64,000 bases of DNA from Xylographa opegraphella (lineage: Eukaryota): contig JALDZX010000078.1 in assembly GCA_022813865.1 (NCBI GenBank), forward strand, positions 1 through 64,000, in the 5' to 3' direction. Made by a program: the position numbers and the translations under genes. Within the stretch, counting starts at the first letter, position 1; the number at the start of each line of letters is the position of its first letter. The notes beneath the pieces are model-generated. The model was not told the origin of the DNA, did not search any database, and saw nothing but the letters and a program-made list of their open reading frames with translations. Shown here piece after piece: positions 23,953 through 36,954 of the stretch.

Positions 23953-25168
23953 TCAAGTCGCCGTTGATCCCGCCTCGCCATTTCCATGCATTACACTATC
24001 ACCTTCGAGGTCTCTGCCGTTATCCGGATCCAGTCCTATGTCTATTCGATCGGGAATATCCCTCTTCGCCTCGCGAGCTTTCTGTTCTGCCCAAGCTCTG
24101 GTCCTGACCAGCTCGAGAAGTTTTGACCTTGTTCTTTCACCATTGCTTCGAAGAATTGCCTCGTTCACACGTTTGGCTACGTCTTTCCGTAATTTTGTGT
24201 CCAGCAGCGCCGCCAGTGGTGGAGCGAGGTTATCTGGTGGGAAGATGAGTAATGCCATAGTTTGCTCGAGATCTTGTAAGAATTCAGGGCTTGTGGGAGC
24301 ACGAGGCGCAAGATGTGTAGTAGCGAACGAAAGTGCTGGAGTGATATCGCCATCCGGAGTGACGGTACAATTTCGTATAAGTTCGATTAGCTGCAGACGG
24401 AGGAGTGCGAAGTGAAGTGCGGAATCACGATCCAAAATCTGGTATGTCTAGTGAGCTCCAGCTATTTAATAAAAACAGTGCTAACATTGAATTGTATCTT
24501 GTGCTCATACTGAGGACTGAAGTAGTTTATTTTTCTCATCAACACCCCGAAAGGTATATGAGTGGTGCATGAAACAAATCTAATCATAGCGCTGGGATAC
24601 AGAAGAATGTGGGGGCAGAATGAGGATTGTACATACTTGAGGGTTAAGTTCGTTTATTCTCTCTATGGCCGTTTGTATGTCTCCACCATAGATCGCGTTC
24701 CTTATCACCACTCTTTCCTCTATCGACTCAATATCCACTCTTGGCTGTACATTGGCTTCGAGAGCGAAGTTATGAGCTGCAGATGGGTAGCCCTCGCTAA
24801 CCAGGTAGTCCATAACCAGAGTATTTATATTGCTATAAAGCCAAATCATGTCAGCTATTACGTGGAGATACAGCTGAAAATTCAGGCAGAAGCGGATGTT
24901 GGAACAAGTATCAGACAGGCAAGTTAACGTATACTCCTCAGGGTGATCAGAGAGATTCCCAACTTGATTTTAAACTCATCAAATAAAACGCATAAGCGAA
25001 CAGCGTACTGGAGAAGGATTTCTCACGTCTTGTTAATCTTAACATCTTGCACGCGCGTCTCAAAAGCAGACATTCGAGACGCGGTAGCACTCGAAGTTGA
25101 TGATGAAGTCTTGCAGCCAAGTCAGCCTCGGATGACCCAACTAGAGGAACAGTCGTCGAACTCACCAT
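23953..25168 (-). CDS. GID8: GID/CTLH E3 complex subunit, LisH-CTLH-CRA (4 exons; first coding exon is ATG only)
   Basis: LisH INTLVMDYLVSEGYPSAA, CTLH IRNAIYGGDIQTAIERINELNPQ|ILD..LHFALLRLQLIELIR, CRA LEQTMALLIF..VNEAIL. Confidence 0.92.
24501..24592 (-). ncRNA. Intronic box C/D snoRNA, snR40/U32-like (18S guide)
   Basis: In GID8 intron 3: C box ATGATTA (24587-24581), guide CATGCACCAC antisense to conserved 18S GUGGUGCAUG, degenerate D' CATA, C' TTGATGA (24542-24536), D-like ATGA (24508-24505), short terminal stem. Confidence 0.7.
24908..24986 (-). ncRNA. Intronic box C/D snoRNA, U79/SNORD79-like (25S guide)
   Basis: In GID8 intron 2: C box TTGATGA (24982-24976), guide TGGGAATCTC antisense to conserved LSU GAGAUUCCCA, D' CTGA (24950-24947), C' CTGAGGA, D CTGA (24914-24911). 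Confidence 0.82.
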
Positions 25169-25619
25169 ATTTGGCGGAAGAGCCCAAAAGACCCCATATG
25201 TGCAATGACGAGACTGCGACCTCGAAATCACAGAGCTTGTCTGGTGAGAAGACTCGCAAGAGACAAAGCCTGGACAACGATGATCGAGGACAAGGCGTTG
25301 GTTTTCATTGCTTGTGTGGGAGTGTGGGAGAAGCTTCGACATTTCGGTGAACTTTCAGCCTTAATTCTTGCCTAGCTCCTCTTTCGAAGGCGCTAAACAT
25401 TTAGGACTAGCGTAAGGTTCAATATGCTTCGCTCGCTGGAAAGTCATTATTGGACAGCCCTCGGGCCTATTGTTCGGCACGACTGTCAGGATTGGGATAT
25501 TACCTATCGCCCACTGGTCTTGCTGTCGTCTTTGTTTGGTACACTTCTTTTCCGCGAATAAGGATCCGGGTTTTGTCAATTGTGCTGTTCTTATTCTGGA
25601 TGCATTGTTACTGGCAATC

Positions 25620-27214
25620 ATGGAACGTGCCCATTACAGCCCGCCATGGGCAGACACCAGCATTATTGCCGTCGCTGGTAGTTCGGGCTCTGGCAAAACC
25701 TCACTCGCTCTCGAAATCGTTTCTTCCTTAAATCTGCCTTGGGTTGTCATATTGTCAATGGCGAGCTTTACTTAGCACAAGCCTACTCTATGTACTGACA
25801 AGTATTCAAGGATTCATTCTATCGGCCATTAAGTCCAGCGCAGTCAGCGAAGGCTTTCAATAATGATTTTGACTTTGATTCCCCAAAAGCGATTGACTTT
25901 GATAATTTGGTGGAGCGTCTACGGGAGCTAAAGCACGGGTGGGAGGAACATCTACCATTAATAGTAGCTTTCAAGGCTGATGATGGTCAATGTCGGTTAG
26001 GAAGCGGGCCAATATACCAATATATTCGTTCGAGAAGCATCAGCGAGAAGAGAGGGTCATTTCCATTTACTCACCACACGTTCTCATATTGGAAGGCATC
26101 TTTGCGCTTTACGATCCACGAGTCTTGGAGCTTCTCGACATGAAGATCTTTGCCGAGGCCGATGCTGATCTCTGCTTATCTAGGCGCAGTAAGTCCTCCT
26201 TGTGAAAGACCTCGACTTGAAGCTGATGCTAAACCTCTAGGAAGTTACGCGGGATGTTCGAGAACGTGGACGAGATATTGATGGATGCATCAAACAATGG
26301 TTCTCCTTTGTCAAGCCTAACTTTCAACGATATGTGGAGCCGCAACGCAATATTGCCGGTATGAGATGCTCATTAATTACTTCCCCGCTTTGCTGAAGCT
26401 GCTACTGCAGATATAATAATTCCTCGTGGCATCGAGAATACGGTAGCAATTGACATGGTCGTAAAGCACATCCAACGTGTCTTGGCGGAGAAGTCGCGGA
26501 AGCATCAGAAGGAGCTGCAAAGTCTCGGAAAAGAGGTCGAGGACGAACCGTTCTCCCCCAATGTCTTACTTTTGAAGGAAACTCGACAAATTGTTGGCAT
26601 GAATACGATTATTGAGAACCCGAGGACAAAGGAAGTAGATTTCATATTCTACTTCGACCGCTTGGCTACGCTCTTAGTTGAGAGGTATTTCATAAGCTGC
26701 TGAAGCTATCAAAAGCTAACAATTTGGCAGAGCAATGGATGGTCTACATTTCTCGTCCACAGATATACGAACACCGCAGGGCAGTACATACCGTGGGTTA
26801 AAGTTGTCAGGAGAGGTCAGCGCTGTCGTAATACTCAGGGCTGGTAGCTGCTTTGAGACAGGCCTTAAACGCGTGATACCAGATTGCCGGACTGGACGTA
26901 TTCTCATTAAGACAAGCTACCGAACAGGTGAACCTGAACTGCATTATCTGAAACTCTCCTCCGACATATCCACCCATGCGAGCGTTCTGCTACTTGACCC
27001 TCAAATGTCTAGTGGAGGTGCTGCGCTTATGGCGGTCAGAATACTCGTTGACCATGGAGTGCCAGAGAACAACATTGTCTTTGTTACATACTCTGCTGGA
27101 AAGATGGGTATCAACAGACTCTTGAAAGTCTTCCCAGAAATGAAGGTAGTGGTGTGCAAAGTAGTGGATGACTTCGAAGAAAGGTGGATAGAAACCAAAT
27201 ATTTCGGATGCTAA
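25620..27214 (+). CDS. URK1: Uridine kinase with C-terminal UPRTase-like domain (6 exons)
   Basis: P-loop AGSSGSGKT, SM|DSFY, DFDSP, ILEGIFAL, RDVRERGRD, FIFYFDRL, LLDPQMSSGGAALMAV, ends KYFGC*. Confidence 0.94.
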
Positions 27215-27381
27215 AATAGTGAGAGCCGTCGAAACTATTCTTCGGACAAGAATACCTTCTGAAAGCGTAGTGCATTCTCATATTGCAGTGCAACCGTAGA
27301 ATATCCCCATCGTTATTGCAGTGCATTCATAATCAATATGAATAATGTATGTACAATTCAGACACAGCATGCCTTTCCACT

Positions 27382-28168
27382 TCATTTTGTGCGGACCACC
27401 TTTAATTTCTTTGGGCTGTGCATGAAGTTGTTGGCATACGCTTTAGGAACGAATTTCCTGATGTTGGGTTCCTGTACAAAGTACTCGTAGCCCTGCTTCT
27501 GGGCGAACAATATCGCGGCCTCTTTTGACTTAAAGTTCAAGTGCGTCCCTTGCATCATATCTGCTGAAGATTGCCAACCCATCATGGGGTTCTCCCATCG
27601 GTGGCCCTTGTGTAGTACATCCCAGTCCATTCTCCAATGATGACCATGCCAATCACCAGACTGCGTCGCTGTCTTCGCAGGACGGTATATTCTGGACAGA
27701 TATGAGCCGGGAACTATAGGCCAACTATAGGAACCAGCCATACCTGACTGTTCGTGCTTGAAGGTCAATTGGTGCTCCGGATAATACTGCTGCAGCAACT
27801 GATTCCCCAGGTTCACTACCGTCCATAATCCGCTTCGGTATTGGAGAGAAAGGCCTGATCCGAGGTCAGAGGAGATTGTACTATATAAGCCGAGACGGTG
27901 CTTACGAGGTAAAGAAGTCTTGTGGTGCATTATAGTCTGGCTGATGACTGGCCATTGCCTGGGAAGCATCTTGCTGGCTGATCATTGACGAATCGCCAGA
28001 CTCTTGCGATGGCGGATCTGATGAGTCGGGCTTGGGTGCTGGTTCGATTGATCGATCTGCGGTGCCTTTTGAACTCTCATGACGAACTTGGAACACAGGC
28101 ACCCGGCGGCTTGCCGTTGTAACAGAAGACAAAAGTCTGGCCGCACATTGAATCCGTAGGAGAGACAT
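27382..28168 (-). CDS. NDUFS4: Complex I accessory subunit NDUFS4/NUYM (3 exons)
   Basis: Mitochondrial presequence; RIYRPAKTATQSG, RWENPMMGWQSSAD, LNFKSKEAAILFAQKQG, YANNF..RTK*. Confidence 0.95.
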
Positions 28169-28248
28169 GATCTGTATCTGTTGATTGACGTTTATAAATA
28201 GGAGTAATGTTTATCGGCGAGTTATTGACGTTGTTCAAATTCATGCAC

Positions 28249-28257
28249 TCACGTGAC
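28249..28257. promoter_or_regulatory. bHLH E-box TCACGTGAC in the NDUFS4/ATP17 divergent promoter
   Basis: CACGTG core within the 236-bp gap between the two start codons. Confidence 0.3.
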
Positions 28258-28404
28258 ATGGGTATTTCCGCCCAACATCTCCGTCACCTAGCCGATTAAT
28301 TGCACCTCTCCACCCTAATCTCTGCACAAATTGAAATAGCTCAATCTGTAAGGAAACAAGGCAGTATAAGTCTATGGACCATGCTTATTGCTACTTAGAT
28401 CAAG

Positions 28405-29022
28405 ATGAGTTCCGTCGTACGTAGAGGTCTTTCGACCTTGATCCCTCCAAAGGTATGTATCCCTTCGGCTTGAGGCTTATTCGAACGATTGCTTACGAAA
28501 GTGTAGGTCGCATCGCCTTCTGTGAGTCCAGCTTCCCCCGGAATGCTTTCTAGTATTCATTGGCTCGTCAATTGACAACACTCCCTATTGTACAAAGAAG
28601 GGGCAATTTCAGCATAGATCTTGAGCGATGCTGTTTGGGGGAGGCTGATAAAAGTCTGCAGGGAATTGGCGCAGCTCAAGATGCTGTTCGTATGCAACGC
28701 GTTGTGACCTTCTACGAAAAGCTGCCACGAGGTCCAGCCCCTGAAATAAAGCCCTCCGGCTTGCTGCGCAGATATCAAGCACGATACTTTGGGAAGAACC
28801 CTTCCGCAGCTCGTAAGTTCGAGCATATCTCTAAGACATAGACTACGCTTTAATTTGAGCTGATCAAATTCCGTGCAATAGCGATTGTCCACGTTATTGG
28901 TGCCCTAATAGTCCTTGGCTATTGCAACAACTACTACTTTCATCTACGTGGGTGGATTGTTAGACTGTATCTGCATTATCACTAAATTTTGCATAGGCCA
29001 TCACAAGAACAATGCTCACTGA
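28405..29022 (+). CDS. ATP17: Mitochondrial ATP synthase subunit f (5 exons; 15-nt microexon 28507-28521)
   Basis: MSSVVRRGLSTLIPPK|VASPS|GIGAAQDAVRMQRVVTFYEKLPRG..YQARYFGKNPSAA|PIVHVI..YYFHL|RHHKNNAH*. Confidence 0.93.
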
Positions 29023-29837
29023 GTAGGCATAAATCTATGGGGTTGTTTTGGTGCTTGAGATGTACATAGCGAGAACCCAAAGATCCCTGACAAGCGCTGT
29101 ATCACGCACCTCAGATCGAGCTTAGGAATGGGAGTCCACTTATTTCTCCCAACGGGATGATATCCCGATTAATGCAGAAAACTGTCAGGAGAACTTGATA
29201 TCCAGTATCACCAAATGAAGCAGCCACTTATCCTTTCACTGTGCAAATAACACTCTCTTCAACGCGACAGGTGTCAAATGTCAAAGCCATGGTATTATGC
29301 AGATACAGTTTGATAGCGAGAATTGGAGCATGGATTTTGTTACGACTTAATGGCGTTCATGATTTCGTAGTAGTAGATAGTAAGTAGAACTGCTCCTTAT
29401 TGGTGTAGCCTTATAGGCTGCGCTAAGCCTGATGAGGTCGTCGATCGTAGGGTCCTCATCCGAGGAGAGTTCAGCGGACTTGTAGGTATCCTCTTCAACT
29501 CCTCATTTCACCCTGTATCCGATACCACGACTCACCGACAAAGTACGGGTTGTCTGAGTAATCAGCTTCCTATTCTTCGAGGTACAGGGTCTTTGATACC
29601 CTTAGGCGAGACTTTCACAACCACACGAAGCACAACGGTTCCAAGCGTCATCCCGAAGACTTCCTCTCCATCGCGGTAGGAGCTCATCGTGGCTTTCATA
29701 ACAACTTAACCCTAGGTAAAATAATTTCATATATGCCTAAAACTATCTATCACACCTGGGCTCTACCAGTGTCTTATTGTGGAATCACTACTCTGACAGA
29801 TCGCCCCTTTGATGGTGAAATAGATCCGAGAATTGTT

Positions 29838-32800
29838 ATGGCAGAGAAGAATCCTCAAGATGTGGTAAAACAAGAACAGTCGGTTGACGACCCTTCGTCT
29901 ACCGACGTCTCTGCTACCCAAACCACTGATTCCGCCGCGCGTGCGGCCCCCGAAGTCTCCGCTAAATCTCACGTCGACACAATCCCCACATCTTCGAATC
30001 CGAATACTACAGAGAACCTCAAGTACCATGATCATTCACTTCTTGCTACTAAAGAGACCGTTCTTTCCGAAGGTCCAGAAGCTGCTGTAGGTCTCGTGAG
30101 CATCGGTCGGCGGTTATAACTAAAATCCACAGACTACACTCACCGTGAATGACCTTGAATCTGCACACCTAGCCCAACAATCCGAGGTAGAGACCAATGC
30201 ACAGCGAGCCGAGCTTCAAAGCACCGAGTTTACCGAGGATTATTCTATTAAAGGCACAGGTATTGATGGTAGTGGTGGCTCGGATACAGACACAAGCAGA
30301 GTTGATATAAATGATGCTGTCAGCAAGGAACTAGAAGACGGTCAAGAACAGATACGCCCGAATGCTTTGAAAAAGTCTGCAACTTTCAAACCAGTTTCGG
30401 TGACGAAGAGTTTTTTGGCCAAAGCTGGCACGGTAACAAATGCAACAGCTAAGCTAGGTGGAGATAAGGGTATGTTATTCACGCCAACAAAAGAATCATA
30501 CATGATCGCGAAACTGACGCTCAATAGTCAATGGTGTGGGTGGACCGTCAAGCTCGGCTACACAATTGGCGCCACGTCCTAGGCTTGTTGCTAAATCTGC
30601 CAGCGGGACTCGCAATTCGATACCCAAAGCCTTGATTATGGGATCTAAAGCAGGAAAGGGCACTGGTCCTGATCCTAACCAAGTGTGGAATCGCAATAGA
30701 GGTAAGTCGATTGATACTACAGCGTTCCATGGGAAGTTCAGCTAAGTTTGCCCAGTTTGCACACCTCAGGCGACGCCAAAACACTTAACGGACGAAGAAT
30801 TGAGACAACAGTATGGGATTCAGCTTGCTTCGCGACCCCAAGAAGATGCGGATGGCAAAGAGGCCAAATGGGCTGATATTGATGATGATGAAGATGACTG
30901 GGCCCCTGAGACGATAGAGTGGAACGACGGGACGAAAATTAATCTATCCCAGATTGACCAGAAAGCTGCTATAGCCGCAGAGCAGGCTGCTGCAGGAGCG
31001 GCAAATGAGAAGGCGACTGAAGCAGCCAAGCCTAAATTTCCTGTTTTGAAGCCCGCCAGCACAGTCGGTCCGAATGCAACTGTCCTAAAGCTTGGGTCGT
31101 CTACTCAACCAAAGTCTGGCGGACTGGTGCTCAAGGGACCTTCGGACAAACCAACACTTGTCGCGAAGCCCTCTACAAACCAAGTGAAATCACCCTGGGC
31201 ATCACTCCCTCCAGTGGAGAAGGTGTCTCCTGTGCCAATCAATCCGCAAGTACAAACTCCCACTTCTCGCTTCAGCCAGAAAGATGTCCATGGATTTGAA
31301 GCGATGCCGCCACAACCCGTTCATGCGAAGGAGATTGCGGCCGACGACTTCTCGAGATCCTCCAGAGAAACATCTAGTGGCACTCCTAGAGAGTTATTCA
31401 ATTCCCAATCCGGAAGATATGAGCCTGTAAAAGAGATGAGGCGTGGATCCACCACCAGAAAGGAGCAAAATTTCAGAGCTCCCTCTGTTCTGCAACGACC
31501 CAGTCAGGGTGATCAGCGAGGGCCAGCTGAACCGTCGGCTGCATTTCAAACGAGTAGATCAAGCCAACAAGATGCAGGATCGTGGAGCCGTCGACGAGCT
31601 TCTTCTAACCTTAGTGGCGAAAGCGGGCAATTTGGTCGTCGCGAATCAATGAATAAAGGATTTGACATCCCAAGAATGCCTAGTGAACTTCAACAGCGTC
31701 GCGACTCTCAATACGAGCAATCGCCATTGACACCAGGGATTCACTCCGCAAAACCCGGACAGCGTGATGTGTCTCCTGTACATTCACACGAACAATCAAT
31801 AACTTCCCAGTCGCCAACAATAGCAGTCGCTCAACAATTGAGTCTCAATGAGTCCGCGACAGCTTCACCACAACAAATCCATGCGCAGCCTGTCATTCCT
31901 CCAACTAACACATCTGCAGTACCAGATCCAGATACTATTGCTACCCAAAGGAAGCTGATGCACGAAAAAAGAGAAGCTGCCATTAAGCGCAAAGCAGAAG
32001 AAGAGGCGAGAGAAGAAGCTGAGAGGCGGGAGAGAATTCGAATCAAGATGGAAAAGCTCGGTCTGGTCGATGGCAAGATGGGAAAGAAAGAGCAAGCGGA
32101 GGAGGCGCTGAGCTCACCTGCTGCTATCAAGGAAATACACGAAGAGCAAACCTCAACGCCTCGCTCGCCTCCAAAGCCTCCAGTTCCTAATACATCAGGT
32201 GCACCACAACAGTATGGATTAATGAAGGTCCATGCCTCTCATCCCATGAATGGGTCGCAGGCTACTAGTGCACCGACTGAACGGAAACAACTTGAGCTAA
32301 TTCGATTGAAGGAAGACTTGCAGCCACCTCTTCCGACTGAGGAAATAAATCCAGCCAGAGACGTCGATGCATCACAGGTCAACGGGGATATCAGTTCAAA
32401 TGAGGAGATCATCGTTCCGCCATCTCCTGAACCTCGCCATCAGGAAGCTACTCCGGATACTAGACAGCAGTCGTGGAAGGCCATTCAGCAAGGCTCCAAT
32501 GGATTTTCAACTTGGAATAATACTGGTATGACGACCCATTCTCCGCCAGGCGGCAATATAAGTGGAAGCTTGTGGGGCCCGCCAGCAAATCACAAAGGTA
32601 TAGGTAATGGTGACTTCCAGCCAAATATGCAAAGGTCGCAGCCTAGACAACTTCCATTTCAACCTCACCTGACATCATCACAACCTCAGCCAATTGGTCC
32701 CCCCAGACATCTCCAGCAGTCACATGGACCTCAAGTGCAGGGAATGATTCATCACTCACAAACTCATGTGCGCTCGATTGAGGAAGAACCTCAGACTGTG

Positions 32801-34300
32801 CCATCGTTCCCACCAGTTGAGTCTACATCCAGGAATGGCAACACTCAGCTGAAGGGCCAGCACCAGGTTCTTCCAGATTCTCAAGATCCCGCTAAAATCA
32901 CTGATACCTCCCGTCAAACTATTTCCTCAATGGTGGCGAAGTCTACACGGCAGCTACCCCCACCAGCAGCCCAAGCTCCACAAACGGGTCTATCGGCATG
33001 GGCAAACTTTGGCACGACTACAGCCATATTAGAAGCAAATATAGCTGAGAAGACTTATCAAGAGAACTTGGTACGCATCGAAGAACAGCGTCGGACTGGA
33101 ATCCGCCAAGGTCCGCTTCCTACATTCAATGAGAAGTGGCGACAAGTAAAGACCAGTGATACTTCTGGTCAGAGACAAGTTGTCGAGACGTTCAAGACAC
33201 CGCAGAATGTTCAAGCATTGAACAACGGACCACAATCTCTCGGAGAAACCCACGCTGATTTGTCCTCGAAGTCTGTGAATTCAGGTCTCGTGACTCCACA
33301 AGTTCGTTCGCGTTATCAGGACATTTTTGAGCAGAACAAGCGTGTCGTGAGTGCCCCGATAGAATTCGGTAGAACTGCTTCCGCCTCTCCGCCACCTCCA
33401 GATTCATTGGAGCATCCCGCATATATTGCTACCAGCCAACGTCCTTTGGTTAATCTGCCAGGTTCCAGGCCAAAATTCCCAGGACCCCGACCGACCGTTC
33501 GACTTCCTCCACCTACTGGAGCCGCATTGCAGCCTTCTGTCTCACCTGAACCACGGGCTTCCAATCTAAGAACAGTATCGCAACCTCTCGCCACTAGCTT
33601 ATCTTGGCAAGATAAAATTAATGGGCTATTCGATCGCAAAACTTCGCCGGAGAAGAAATTTGCAGAAATCTCAGGCTTCTCGAGCTCAAAGGTTCCGCTG
33701 GAGATTGTATCTATCGCTCCATCGGCTGCAGTTGCACTCCCTCCCAAAGCTGAAGCGGCTGCTGTCTTCGTTACGAGATTAGCAGTTGACGGACCTCCAA
33801 AGACTGTGGAAGACGAAGATGCCTTGTTTGAAGAGCGTCATTTCGGATCCGTTCCTACTGTCCGTGTTCCTGCTATGGCTCCAATACACGCGTGGAACCC
33901 ATCTAGACCACCACAAGACTACCGAGCTCGTGCAAGGATATTGTCAGATTACGAGATCATGACTATATTCCCGATTTCAATGGGCATAGAGGATATTGTA
34001 CGTACAAATGGTCACTCAATAACAATTCGCGTTGGGTCCATGGAACTGCCAAAGACCAAGACACTTCCTCGCGCAACATCTAATGGAAATCTCCGTTCCA
34101 AAACCCAGAATCTCTCCAAAGGCAAAACTCGTAATAACCAGAGGCCAAGGGATAGCTCTGCATCTTACAACTCTCCCAAGCCTGCTCAAAATGGCTCTGG
34201 GAGACCCCCGATTGCGACTGCTCCCAATCAGCAGTCTAGACCTAAAGTAAACAACAGCAACATGAGCTGGGCTCGACGCGCCTCTACGGCTGTGTCCTGA
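29838..34300 (+). CDS. Large, mostly disordered P/Q/S-rich protein, possibly PRRC2/BAT2-like (4 exons)
   Basis: Three short exons plus a 1166-aa ORF; islands FKPVSVTKSFL, PRLVAKS, KWADIDDDEDDWAPETIEW and coiled coil KREAAIKRKAEEEAREEAERRERIRIKMEKLG. Gene well supported; family is inference. Confidence 0.8.
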
Positions 34301-34842
34301 ATATGCCAGGGTTCTTATCCGCTCATTCGCGCAGAGAAATGTGAAGACACATTGCACAGTCTTTTATGCTATGCATATGGGCTGTAGTGGACTTGTTGGT
34401 GATAGACGATTTGTGAAGTCAGGAGCACAAGGTACTTGAAAGCTTCCACAGCTCACATGTACTTGATATTGCTCGTCCAGCAGATCGCATTAGGAAGACG
34501 AATCTGCTCGTCAGTGACAGTAATGAGCAGAGCAGCTCCCAAATACTTGCATATTAATCTACAATCAAGCTTTCATTTGTGCTCGCATCACTTGCAATAG
34601 GCTTTCATTGGAAGCGTGAATTTTGTTTCGTCTGACTGGAATACAAGAAGTCGTGTAGAATTGTGTCTAGCATAACCAGGCTGCCCCTCCTCCAAACCAA
34701 GAAGCTGCCGCATCGAACGCCATGCTCCACCTTTCAATGTTTCCCGCTGAATGCTCTGATGAATAATCGAGAAAGAAAGGAAATTAATTTACATGCTGGT
34801 GTCGCAGTACGCACTGCTGACCAAACGGCCGTCTTCTCGTTC

Positions 34843-35668
<826 letters not shown>

Positions 35669-36954
35669 CGTTGCAGGTGTAACTATGAAGATTTCTAGAG
35701 AAGAAAGAATTACAAAGAATTTATGTCGAGAGGCCTCTGACAAAAGTTGCGAAAGTGATCGCTGTGTTGTTCAGCAGTTGGCGATGGCGCTGGCGCTGTT
35801 TCTCCAGAATCGCTACAGAGCTCGCGGACTTGCGGCAGAAGGATTATCCGGGATAGCATGTTGTGGATTCTGTTTACAGAAAATAGTAAAACTCTAGCAG
35901 TACGAAATGCTCTGCTGGCTATTGTTGGGGCATAGGGAAGTGTAACAGCACGTATATCGACTTCACACCTTATTTGTGACGAAATCGGCGAAATGATCCT
36001 ACGCCCGAACAAAAGACATATTTTGGAACTGAGGTATATTGCAACGTCTCAGAACTACGTCAATCTCCCCATGAATCACCGCCATTGATTGTGCGAAAGA
36101 CAGAGCCGAACGCCTATACTTGTTCAGTCACTCATGAATACCATCTGTCCTGTCGTATTTCATGTCAATGCTGCTGCTTTGTCCATGCCAATATGTCTTG
36201 GGTGGTGAAGCGTGTTGGAGAGGTTCGGTGGCGTTAATGAATCACTTTTCGCCTCGACTCTATGGAGCCGCGTCACTGTCAATCTATGAAAGGTTCCAAT
36301 GAGGCATAACAACAGTCCAAACGCATGTGAATAACGAGTTTGCACCTGTTCCGCAAAAACAATGCGAGCTGAGATCACGAACGATTCTGGGGAGTACAGG
36401 TTCAAGAGAGCAAAGCACCGAGAATAATCAAAGCTCCAGCTGGTAATGAATAAACAAAACCGGGGAAGCAGAAAGCTAAGCTCGTATGCCCGGCGATCTG
36501 GCATGAGACAGAGTTATATGTCGTGTGTGCCTTACCTTTCTACCCTCTTTCGGCAAGACGGTCGATATTCTTTTACTTGAAGCAAAGCTTGAGCTCACCA
36601 GGCATCTCTAGACGTTGAAGAACACCAGTGGTGAAGATACTTCATCGCCAAAGAGTATAAATGGGCTAGCATTCCTTTTAGAGAGATAGAAACATGCATG
36701 ACATACAGATCAGTCCAGTATTTTGACGCTCCTCCAAGCATCACCTTCAATTTCTATGGCCTGGAAGCTCTGGAATATTAGGCACCTAATGTCTAAAAGA
36801 CCTATAGTTCAATACTAGCTTCAAATGGTTTAGCGTAAATATTGATCGCTCGCGTATTATTTCCTTCAACTTATCGAGAGTGAACATTTTGACCAAATAC
36901 CTCACAAGCGCATAGGAAGACGTCCCAGGTCAGAGTATGAAACCTTAAAAAAAG

